DNA of 64,000 nucleotides from an uncultured Candidatus Bathyarchaeia archaeon (lineage in GTDB: Archaea; Thermoproteota; Bathyarchaeia; Bathyarchaeales; Bathycorpusculaceae): assembly GCA_964544495.1 (NCBI GenBank), contig CAZJBY010000005.1, forward strand, positions 11,081 through 75,080, written 5' to 3'. The position numbers and the translations under genes are program-made. Numbering within the stretch: the stretch's first letter is position 1; each line of letters opens with the position of its first letter. This document shows, piece after piece, positions 29,220 to 37,273 of this stretch. The notes under the pieces are model-generated. The model searched no databases. It saw nothing but the letters and a program-made list of their open reading frames with translations, and was not told where the DNA came from.

Positions 29220-29371
29220 TTTCAAAGATTTAAGTGTGAAAGTCAGCTTGCCAAAACAGGATTAGATTTTAATCTTTTTCTCTGCTGTTCTGTTATCTTG
29301 TCTTTTATGTCCTTGCTCTCCGCTTACGTATGTACGTAGTAAAACTAAGGGTGAAAAAAAGCACGTTCAGA

Positions 29372-31327
29372 TTAACGCCTGCGTTTCTTGAAGTAGAATA
29401 GTATACCCGTAGTGACAGCAACTGCCGAAACTGCAACGGCGACCACGATGAAAGTTATTGGGAAAGGCTCTGACTCTGCTACTGTGAACGTGATTGTTTC
29501 GGAGGCTTCTACGTTGCCTGCCCCGTCCCAAGCGTACACTGTCAAAGTATGCTCGCCACTAGTCAGCCCAATCAGCGTTGTGTTCCCAGCCACTGTTACG
29601 TTGTCTTGTCCGTCTAAGCTGTACGCGACTTTCGAAAGAGTCTCGTTCACGTTGAAAACTAGTGACACATCAGGCGCGTCGTACGCTTTGGATTCTGGAG
29701 ACAAAATCAGAACACGCAGCGCCGTTTCTTCTGTGGGTTCTCCTGCTTCGTCGTCTATGTTTTCTGGGGTTTCTTCACGTGGCGGGGGAGTGCTTAGAGT
29801 GATGGCATCTGAGTACGTGATGGATTCTACACCTGCGTTGTCCCTGAATTGAACATAAACGGTTTTGGAGCCGTCGCCTGATGTAAGCGTCCAAACCTTA
29901 GTATCTGCGTAATCTTCCCAACCTGTCCAATTTATGCCGTCGTTGCTGAAGTGCATCTGAGCTACACCAGAAACGTCCTCTGCTGAGAGAGTTAAAACCA
30001 CTGAGCGTTGTCTGGTTGAGGCTGCGCCGCCATTAACCGTTATTGAACCTGTTGGAGGAGTTGTGTCAACGATGAAGTGTCTTGCGTGTGAAGCTTCTAT
30101 GTTGCCTAAGGTGTCGTTCGCATAAATAACCACGTAATGCCATCCGTCAGGCAAGTCGGGTAAAGTTGTGTTACCCGTGATTGTTGCATTTGGCTGCCCA
30201 TTTAAGCTGTAGCCAATCCAGCTGTCAAATCCATCAACCGTGAACGTTAAGGGAATCCTGGCGCTTACGTTGTATATCTTGTTTTGTTCTGGAGAAACAA
30301 CATTAACAGCAGGCGGCACGGGAACGTACCCAAAAGGCGTGTACCGTTCATTTGCGTCAGATAGACGCAACACGTTTTTGTCTTCTCCTCCTATCGCGTA
30401 TAAAAGGTCATCCACAACTGCAACACTCAAAAAGTGTCTTGGTGTAGGCATTTCTGCACCAACGCTCCATGTTTCCGTTTCAGTGTCAAAGACCTGAGTT
30501 AGCGGTCCACGTTTTATGAGCCCAGTTTCGGGGTCCACTTCATCGGAGTAAACGTTCCCTCCTATGAGGTAGATTTTTTTCGCCGCATAAACACCTGTTG
30601 TTGCCACTCCCGCCTCATAGGATACATGGTAAGACATGGAAGGCCCATAGCGCCACGTGTCTGTTTGGGGGTCGTAAATCTGGGTCTCATTGTTACCACT
30701 GCCTGTGTTTCCGAAAACGTAAATTTTGTTGTCTACAACAGCTGATATACAGTAAGCAACAGCAGTTGGGAGCGGGGCCATCGTGGTCCACGAATCATTA
30801 ACGGGATCATACATTTCATTTACATTTGAACGAAACGGGGTTCCAAGGAAAAAGGTGTCGAATCCACCTATGAGGTAGATTTTGCCGTTAACTGTGCATG
30901 CTGTTGCAGTGGTTCTCGGTGTAGGGCTTGGAGTTTTTGTTGCCCAAGAATCGGTCGCGGTGTTATAAACTTGGTTTAATTCCCATCCGAAACAATAAAT
31001 TTTGTTTTGGTAAACAGCTGCACCAGAACCACCGTCTACCGTGGCGCCATTAGGTTGTGGTATGGGGGTTTTGGTTGTCCAAGTGTTAGTTATGGGATCA
31101 TACATTTCGTTAACATCGGTGGCTCCTGACATTACTTGTCCTCCGATAGCGTATGTTCTTCCTCCAACTACGCCGATGCCGATTCCAGTTCTGGCCGTGG
31201 GCATAGAAGCCATAATTGCCCAAGAATTCTCTGCTTGATCTGCTAAGGCTGGCTTCACTGAAAGCGTGCCAGCCATGGCCGAAGTCAGCAACACCAACAC
31301 GATGACTGTAGCCAGCACCCTTTTCAT
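29372..31327 (-). CDS. Kelch-repeat surface protein of the paralog family
   Basis: Signal peptide, at least 5 Kelch-like blades (YAIGG, IYCFGW, IYLIGG, IYVFGN, LYAIGG), three Ig-like modules (YSLNGQPN..., YSLDGQDN...GEHTLTVYAWD), and EPFP-TM-FYFKKRRR. Confidence 0.8.
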   Translation of the reverse strand: MKRVLATVIVLVLLTSAMAGTLSVKPALADQAENSWAIMASMPTARTGIGIGVVGGRTYAIGGQVMSGATDVNEMYDPITNTWTTKTPIPQPNGATVDGGSGAAVYQNKIYCFGWELNQVYNTATDSWATKTPSPTPRTTATACTVNGKIYLIGGFDTFFLGTPFRSNVNEMYDPVNDSWTTMAPLPTAVAYCISAVVDNKIYVFGNTGSGNNETQIYDPQTDTWRYGPSMSYHVSYEAGVATTGVYAAKKIYLIGGNVYSDEVDPETGLIKRGPLTQVFDTETETWSVGAEMPTPRHFLSVAVVDDLLYAIGGEDKNVLRLSDANERYTPFGYVPVPPAVNVVSPEQNKIYNVSARIPLTFTVDGFDSWIGYSLNGQPNATITGNTTLPDLPDGWHYVVIYANDTLGNIEASHARHFIVDTTPPTGSITVNGGAASTRQRSVVLTLSAEDVSGVAQMHFSNDGINWTGWEDYADTKVWTLTSGDGSKTVYVQFRDNAGVESITYSDAITLSTPPPREETPENIDDEAGEPTEETALRVLILSPESKAYDAPDVSLVFNVNETLSKVAYSLDGQDNVTVAGNTTLIGLTSGEHTLTVYAWDGAGNVEASETITFTVAESEPFPITFIVVAVAVSAVAVTTGILFYFKKRRR

Positions 31328-32490
31328 GTGTCACTCCTTTTCCCTTTGCGCTTTAAGAAGTAGGTTACCAACCCGAGGGTGACCAAAGCGGCTGAAGCGA
31401 TTATGGCTGTGGAGATCCATTTTGGGAAAGGTGCTAAAGCTTGCTGAACAGGCGGAGTGGTCGTTTTCTGCGTGGGCGATTCGCTTGGTGAGGGAGTAGA
31501 AGACGAGGGTGATGGTGCCTTTGGTTCAGCGGGAGGCGTACTTATTGAAGGTAAAGACTTTTCGTTTGGAGCTAAAGTTACCTCCTGCAGTGCATCTCCA
31601 ACATCAAAAATTATCGTTTCTGATGCGCTGATGATTCCAGTTTCATACCAAACGTAAACCGTCACATTGTGGTGTCCAAAGGCTAATCCTGTAAGCAGTT
31701 CGCTCCCTGTAAAAACCTCTCTGGTGAACAGGTCTCTGCCAAGGACCTCTTCAATGTGGACAGCATTTATTGGAACAGTAACGTTTTCCTTCCCGTCCAG
31801 ACTGTAGGTGGCGTTTGAAACTGGGTAATCCATCGAAAACTCTAATTCCACATCAGTTACATTGTAACTTCGGTTTCTAGGAGAAACAACGTTGATTTCA
31901 GAGCCGTCGGTGACCATGAAGGTTATAGTACAAAGAGCCTGATAGAGAGTGTGTGCGTAAGCTATGTTTTCTTCGAGTGAGGGACCACAATAAATAGTTA
32001 GGTAATGCTGTCCTGCAGACAAAGCAGGCAAGATTGCTGTGCCTCTGATAAAATATATCGCGTATGTGCCGCCTTTCAGATAATTTGAAGGCACGGGCAC
32101 ATCCTCCTTTCTCAGGAGCGTTAAGTTAACTTCTCGCATGTCACTTCTCGGTTCAGTGATGATACTGCCGACCCGACCATCTGGCGCATAGGCTTGTTCT
32201 TCTCTCCACCCATCGCCAAACTTCAGGGTTGCCCGGTCGCTGATTGTAAGTTCGTCCAAAGTGAAGCAGTAACTTCCCCCATCAGGGGGAGGTCCATACG
32301 TGTTTTGCACTATAAACGACAAATAAACTGGGTTTTTTGTTGTTTCTTGTGGGAACTCCACTGAAATTGTAATGCAGCCTGGTGCCGCATAACCTGTGTC
32401 TCCCGCTACAAAAGGCTTTACCGAAAGTTCTCCAGCCAACGCTGAAAAAATCAACACCGCAAGCGCAGCTAAAGCGCAGGCTCTTCTCAT
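31324..32490 (-). CDS. surface-protein family paralog with an S/T/P-rich stalk
   Basis: Signal peptide, YSLDGKENVTV...GHHNVTVYVW, P/S/T linker, APFP-TM-YFLKRKGKR. ATGA overlap with the next gene. Confidence 0.75.
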   Translation of the reverse strand: MRRACALAALAVLIFSALAGELSVKPFVAGDTGYAAPGCITISVEFPQETTKNPVYLSFIVQNTYGPPPDGGSYCFTLDELTISDRATLKFGDGWREEQAYAPDGRVGSIITEPRSDMREVNLTLLRKEDVPVPSNYLKGGTYAIYFIRGTAILPALSAGQHYLTIYCGPSLEENIAYAHTLYQALCTITFMVTDGSEINVVSPRNRSYNVTDVELEFSMDYPVSNATYSLDGKENVTVPINAVHIEEVLGRDLFTREVFTGSELLTGLAFGHHNVTVYVWYETGIISASETIIFDVGDALQEVTLAPNEKSLPSISTPPAEPKAPSPSSSTPSPSESPTQKTTTPPVQQALAPFPKWISTAIIASAALVTLGLVTYFLKRKGKRSDT

Positions 32491-33278
32491 GTTTTATTCT
32501 TCCTCCTCTTGACTCTGGCAAAATAAGCTACAAACCCGAGAGTGACTATGGCAACTGAAGCGACTACGACTGTGGCGGAAAATACTGGGGAAGTTTCTGC
32601 TTGAGGTTCTGTTGGCTGGGTCGCCTGTTGCGTTTCTACTTTGAACGTGATTGGTTTGGATGTTCCTGTGGAGCCTGTGGTGTCTTCCGCGTGGACTGTT
32701 ATGGTGTGTGTTCCGTCTGGGATGCCGTAGAGGGTGGTGTTTCTGGTGATGGTGACGGGTGCTTGGTCGTCTAGGCTGTAGCTTAGCCAGTTGGTGGGTT
32801 CGGAGACGGAGAAGTTTAACTGGATCTTGGTTGTGTGGTAGGTTTCTGCTGGTTTGGGCTCCAGAACTGAGACGCGTGGCGCGGCGGCATTAACGGTGAA
32901 AACCACCTCGTTAGAGATACCCGAGGTCTCTACGATGCCCCATAGGGGGCCTAAATTGTAAGTAAGGTGAACACCTATGCGCAACCTATGAGTGCCTTCG
33001 GATAACTGTGTTGGCCAAGACTGCAATCTTCTGTCGTCCAGGATGTAAGTGCAATACTGGTTAGACAGCCATTTTGAGTAATCTGGCTCCGTCTCTACTG
33101 TGAAAGCCACGGGAACCTTGCTGCTACTGTACATTTTGCTTTCTGGAAGCTGAATTGTGACCGATGCTGGAGGTAGGTATGGCGTTGCATTCGCTGCTGC
33201 AAAATTAACGAGTAAGGCTCCAGCTAATGCTAAAAACAGTAGCGTTAACACAAAAACAACGGCGTAGACTCTTTTCAT
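32487..33278 (-). CDS. surface-protein family paralog
   Basis: Signal peptide LALAGALLVN, YSLDDQAPVTI...GTHTITVHAED, TM-AYFARVKRRKNKT. ATGA overlaps on both sides. Confidence 0.75.
   Translation of the reverse strand: MKRVYAVVFVLTLLFLALAGALLVNFAAANATPYLPPASVTIQLPESKMYSSSKVPVAFTVETEPDYSKWLSNQYCTYILDDRRLQSWPTQLSEGTHRLRIGVHLTYNLGPLWGIVETSGISNEVVFTVNAAAPRVSVLEPKPAETYHTTKIQLNFSVSEPTNWLSYSLDDQAPVTITRNTTLYGIPDGTHTITVHAEDTTGSTGTSKPITFKVETQQATQPTEPQAETSPVFSATVVVASVAIVTLGFVAYFARVKRRKNKT
32607..32912. repeat. 306-bp perfect direct repeat, partner of 59764-60069
   Basis: Identical sequence in both paralogs. It covers the C-terminal Ig-like domain only. Confidence 0.9.
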
Positions 33279-34081
33279 GATGCGCTCCTCTTTTTATTGC
33301 GCCGAACAAAGTACGCTACCAGCCCAAAAGAAATTACTACAGTTGAAATGACTATGGCAATAGCAATCAAGGTTGTTGCTAAAGGGGTGGGGATGTTCAC
33401 GTCAAAGGTCGCCTTCTCGGATGCGCCTGTGTTTCCAGCCTCATCACTGGCGTACAAGACAAGCGTGTGCCTGCCACTCGACAAGCTAGCCAAAGTAGCG
33501 TTGCTAGTTATTGACACGTTCTTCATGTCATCAAGACAGTAGACCATTTGAGAAGCAGGCTCACTCAACGTAAACGTCAACGTCACGTCAGATGCGATGT
33601 ACAATGATGGCTCAGGGGACAAAATCTTGACTCTCGGTCGAATAGCGTCAATTGTGAAGGTTACAGCACTGGAATACCCCTCGTAACTGGGGATTTTCCA
33701 TTCACCGATTTCTTGCCAAGTTGTCACTCGGATAGTCAGATTGTGGACGCCATTGGACAATCCTGATAACGTTGTACTGTACGCTGAGCCGTTGAATTCT
33801 AGAGAGAAAGCCACAACTTCCTTTTTATCCAACACGTAGCTGTATTCTGGCGACTGCAACTCAATGGAGCTGCCAGTTGATGACGTGTACATGAAGGCTA
33901 CTGAAACGGTTTGAGGGTATGTCCTGTTATTTTGTGGTGACACCACGTTGACATTCAACTGGAAGTCGTCTCCCATTGCCAAATCAGTAAAAAAATTTCC
34001 AGCTAATGCTGAAATCAGAAAAGCAGAGAGTAGAGTTACCATCAGGATTTTACTTTTACCGCGTAAACTCTTGCCAAGCAT
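33275..34081 (-). CDS. surface-protein family paralog (first gene of the four-gene operon)
   Basis: ATG at 34081 (TTG at 34084). Signal peptide, VYCLDDMKNVSI...GRHTLVLYASDEAGN, TM-AYFVRRNKKRSAS. Confidence 0.75.
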   Translation of the reverse strand: MLGKSLRGKSKILMVTLLSAFLISALAGNFFTDLAMGDDFQLNVNVVSPQNNRTYPQTVSVAFMYTSSTGSSIELQSPEYSYVLDKKEVVAFSLEFNGSAYSTTLSGLSNGVHNLTIRVTTWQEIGEWKIPSYEGYSSAVTFTIDAIRPRVKILSPEPSLYIASDVTLTFTLSEPASQMVYCLDDMKNVSITSNATLASLSSGRHTLVLYASDEAGNTGASEKATFDVNIPTPLATTLIAIAIVISTVVISFGLVAYFVRRNKKRSAS

Positions 34082-34148
34082 CAATCGTAATGCCCCTTTG
34101 TTTATTCTCCGTGGTAATTCTAGGTTTTCTGTGTGTTATAGCCTTTTT

Positions 34149-34189
34149 TGTCAAGGTTTCTTGACCCAGCTTAGTCAACATTTCTTGAC
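34149..34189 (-). promoter_or_regulatory. dual-palindrome operator, copy 2
   Basis: TGTCAAGGTTTCTTGACCCAGCTTAGTCAACATTTCTTGAC, 67 nt upstream of ATG 34081. CTATAACACACAG lies between the two. Confidence 0.7.
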
Positions 34190-34195
34190 TAAACC

Positions 34196-34333
34196 AAAAA
34201 CCATCATATCTGCCGTCTACTAAGAGCCTATTAGCCAATTAATGCAGAAACTATAGAGGGGTAGGTCCCTATTGGCGTGGAAACAGCCCAATACATGCAA
34301 AAAACAGTGCTTCGCAGAAACCATGCAGTTTAG
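34196..34333 (-). ncRNA. conserved non-coding module (candidate sRNA or leader), full copy
   Basis: Bracketed by a TATA box (34334-34342) and a T5 run (34196-34200, - strand). About 75% identical by eye to 60619-60744. Confidence 0.35.
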
Positions 34334-34378
34334 TTTATATAAGGGGGGTATAGACAAAAAAACGCAACAGTTCTAGCG
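34334..34378 (-). repeat. G6-TATAGAC cassette, copy 4 (subtype A with T7 run)
   Basis: The + strand reads TTTATATAAGGGGGGTATAGACAAAAAAACGCAACAGTTCTAGCG, in the divergent region between the surface operon and hsp20-rpl15-secY. Confidence 0.8.
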
Positions 34379-34466
34379 CAATCAAACCAACAGAAAAAAT
34401 CTTGGCGGCTTTGCGATACATTTTAAAGTTACGTTGGAAATGCCATTGTATCTAGGAGACGCAAAG

Positions 34467-34904
34467 ATGAGTGCGAAATGGAGGAGATGCAAAAAGCGCC
34501 TGAAGTGGCTAGACACGGCTAGTCCAGAAAGGATCGACGCCAACAACCGCTGCAGGATACTCCGCATCGAAACCACGCGAACCGCAAGGTCAGCTCCTCC
34601 ATACTACAGATCATCAAAAAACTACGCGAAACGAAAATGGAAAGCGCCAAAACCACTCATCGACATTTTCCAAGAAAAAAACTGGATAACCATCGTCGCC
34701 GAAATCGCAGGCTTTAATAGGGAAACCCTAAAGATAAATGTGAAAGACCAGAAACTAACACTATCTGCAAAAGCAAAAGACCGCAGATACTACAAAAGCT
34801 TAAATCTACCCAAAGTAGTGGTTCCAAACGCCGTCCACACCACCTACAAAAACGGCGTCCTCGAAATCAAACTTAAAAAAGCACCAAAAGAAAAAGGAAT
34901 CTAA
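34467..34904 (+). CDS. Hsp20/alpha-crystallin-domain protein with a basic N-terminal region
   Basis: DIFQEKNWITIVAEIAGFNRETLKINVKDQKLTLSAKA...TYKNGVLEIKLKK. The ORF is open from 34434. ATG 34467 follows GGAGA. The stop lies 6 nt before rpl15. Confidence 0.7.
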   Translation: MSAKWRRCKKRLKWLDTASPERIDANNRCRILRIETTRTARSAPPYYRSSKNYAKRKWKAPKPLIDIFQEKNWITIVAEIAGFNRETLKINVKDQKLTLSAKAKDRRYYKSLNLPKVVVPNAVHTTYKNGVLEIKLKKAPKEKGI

Positions 34905-34910
34905 AAGAAC

Positions 34911-35333
34911 ATGCCACACAAACTAAGAAAAACCAGAAAAATGCGCGGCAGCCGAACACACGGCTACGGCAGAATAGGCCAACACAGAGACGCAGGTTCA
35001 AAAGGACATCGAAAAGTCGGACGCCACAAGCATTTGTGGAGCTACGTTGTGACACATGAACCCGACTACTTCGGCAAAAAAGGCTTCACGTCACCCCAAA
35101 GCCTAAAACGCAAAGAAAACACCATCAACCTCAAACAACTCAACAACTTAGCCGTTGAAAAGGACACCGCAAACGTAAACCTGACAAGCCTAGGCTACAC
35201 CAAACTCCTCGGCACAGGCAAAATCGCAAAACCCCTGACCATAACCGTACCTTCATGCTCCAAATCCGCAGCAGAAAAAATAAAAAAAGCTGGCGGAAAA
35301 ATCCTAACCCAGTCCAAGGAAAACGGAGAGTAG
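34911..35333 (+). CDS. rpl15: 50S ribosomal protein uL15
   Basis: KLRKTRKMRGSRTHGYGRIGQHR...KLLGTGKI. Confidence 0.9.
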   Translation: MPHKLRKTRKMRGSRTHGYGRIGQHRDAGSKGHRKVGRHKHLWSYVVTHEPDYFGKKGFTSPQSLKRKENTINLKQLNNLAVEKDTANVNLTSLGYTKLLGTGKIAKPLTITVPSCSKSAAEKIKKAGGKILTQSKENGE

Positions 35334-35342
35334 CATTAATCA

Positions 35343-36758
35343 ATGGCTGGAAGATTCCTAAGCCTCTTCAAACCGCTCGGAAGAGTACTGCCTGAAATCA
35401 AAGTCCCCGAACGCAAAGTCGGCTTCAACGAAAAAATCTTCTGGACCGCCATAGTCCTCATCGTCTACCTCGTCATGTCCGAAATCACACTCTACGGAAT
35501 CTCCAGCACAGTAACAGACCGATTCAGCCAACTAAGAGTAATCTTCGCCTCAAACCGCGGCACCCTCATGGAACTCGGCATAGGCCCCATAGTCACCGCA
35601 GGCTTAATCCTGCAACTGCTATCCGGCTCCGCCATCATACAATGCGACATGTCCGATCCTCAAGACAGAGGCTTGTTCACCGTCGCAAGCAAATTCTTCT
35701 CTATACTTCTCACGGGAATCCAAGCGTCAGCTTACATAATAAGCGGCATGTACGGCAGCCTAGCAGGACCCACGACAATAGTCATCTTCATACAGCTTTT
35801 AGGCGCTGGAATAATCGTGATGCTCATGGATGAGCTTGTGCAGAAAGGCTGGGGACTAGGCAGCGGAATCAGCCTCTTTATCATGGCTGGGGTTGCGCAG
35901 AACATTCTCTGGCAAGCGTTTAATCCTGGCACTGGCTTGTTTGTGGGTTCGCTTTCTACGCTTTTGCGGGGTCAACAATCGTATGGATTAACGGAGTGGA
36001 TACTTGGCGCAGGGTCTTATCCGTCTTTGCTTGGGTTCATAGCGACGATCGGCACGTTCCTGATAATTATTTACTTGGAAGGTGTCAGGGTTGAGTTGCC
36101 GATGACCTACGCTGGGTACAAGGGGTTCCGCAGTCGCTATCCAATCAAGCTCTTGTACGTGTCAAACCTTCCAGTTATTTTCGCGTCTGCGCTTTTCGCT
36201 AATGTTTACTTCTTTTCTCAGCTTCTGTGGAGCCAGATGGGTGCACCTGCTCCTGGGACGAACATTTTCTTCCAGTTTTTAGGCGATTATAGTCAAAACG
36301 CTACGACAGGGACTGTGACGCCTGTTGGCGGTTTAGCTTATTATGTAACTCCACCTCAAAATATTATCAGCGTAGCGGCTGAGCCTATACGGGCTTCGGT
36401 TTATTTGGTTATTCTTGTGGCTTTCTGCGCGGTGTTTTCGCTTATTTGGCTTGAGGTTGGCGGTCTTGGACCTGATAAAGTTGCTAAACAGCTTATGGAT
36501 TCAGGTATGCAGATTCCTGGTCACAGGCGTTCTGGAAGGCCTATTCAGGCGATTCTTAAACGGTATATTCCTGTGGTTACGGTTCTCGGCGGATTAATCG
36601 TAGGTTTGATTGCTGGACTTGCGGATTTCCTAGGGGTTTTCGGTACAGGAACAGGAATCCTGCTTTCGGTGGGCATAATTTACCAGTACTACGAGTTGCT
36701 GATGCGTGAAAGAGCAGCGGAGATGTTCCCAGCTTTCAGAAGAATCCTAGGCGAATAG
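35343..36758 (+). CDS. secY: preprotein translocase subunit SecY
   Basis: 471 aa with 10 TM helices. IFASNRGTLMELGIGPIVTAGLILQLL. Follows L15. Confidence 0.93.
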   Translation: MAGRFLSLFKPLGRVLPEIKVPERKVGFNEKIFWTAIVLIVYLVMSEITLYGISSTVTDRFSQLRVIFASNRGTLMELGIGPIVTAGLILQLLSGSAIIQCDMSDPQDRGLFTVASKFFSILLTGIQASAYIISGMYGSLAGPTTIVIFIQLLGAGIIVMLMDELVQKGWGLGSGISLFIMAGVAQNILWQAFNPGTGLFVGSLSTLLRGQQSYGLTEWILGAGSYPSLLGFIATIGTFLIIIYLEGVRVELPMTYAGYKGFRSRYPIKLLYVSNLPVIFASALFANVYFFSQLLWSQMGAPAPGTNIFFQFLGDYSQNATTGTVTPVGGLAYYVTPPQNIISVAAEPIRASVYLVILVAFCAVFSLIWLEVGGLGPDKVAKQLMDSGMQIPGHRRSGRPIQAILKRYIPVVTVLGGLIVGLIAGLADFLGVFGTGTGILLSVGIIYQYYELLMRERAAEMFPAFRRILGE

Positions 36759-36773
36759 CCGTAAGACTATAGC

Positions 36774-36806
36774 GCTCGGAACAGTCTATACCCCCCTTAT
36801 TTATAG
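36774..36806 (+). repeat. G6-TATAGAC cassette, copy 5 (subtype B)
   Basis: GCTCGGAACAGTCTATACCCCCCTTATTTATAG starts 16 nt after the secY stop. A partial inverted copy GGGGTATAGAA lies at 36824-36834. Confidence 0.8.
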
Positions 36807-36896
36807 AGTTAACTTGGTTTTGCGGGGTATAGAATAGTTGCCTGGAAATATTAGCAAAGCTTTTGAGCCTAACTGCCTGTACTAGCACGGTTACTA

Positions 36897-37247
36897 ATGA
36901 AATACTATCATGTATTCATTCAAAGCTTGGAAAAACAGGGTCTCTGGAGGCAAGGCATCAGTTTTGACCATTCCAAAGAAAACATGATGGCAAGTATTAT
37001 CTCACCTTTTAATGAACAGAAACCCTTCCGTTTCGGTGAAAGACTGGTGGATTTAAAGAAAATTGACTGCGTCATCGTCTTTGAATCTGACAAGCCAATC
37101 AGTGAGATAGTTCTCCCCAATGGAGAGGACCCTCATGAGGCAGATATGGCTTTTCTTATTCACAGTTTCTGTGACGGCACGGTTAGGGGTATCCGTGACT
37201 GCACATCTGAATTCGTTTTGCCAACCACGCATGCTGGAAAATCATAG
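36897..37247 (+). CDS. hypothetical protein
   Basis: 116-aa ORF with no recognised motif. Confidence 0.4.
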   Translation: MKYYHVFIQSLEKQGLWRQGISFDHSKENMMASIISPFNEQKPFRFGERLVDLKKIDCVIVFESDKPISEIVLPNGEDPHEADMAFLIHSFCDGTVRGIRDCTSEFVLPTTHAGKS

Positions 37248-37273
37248 GTAGCTAGATGAAATCCTCGGGTAGT

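Noticed and set aside
34210-34311. A short ORF starting MVSAKHC (33 aa here, 28 aa at 60.7 kb) lies inside the conserved module and might be a leader peptide.
   Set aside because: The middle of the ORF crosses the flipped hairpin and is not conserved at the protein level. The copies at 10.6 kb and 57.9 kb have no equivalent ORF. A non-coding function fits better, but this remains unverified.
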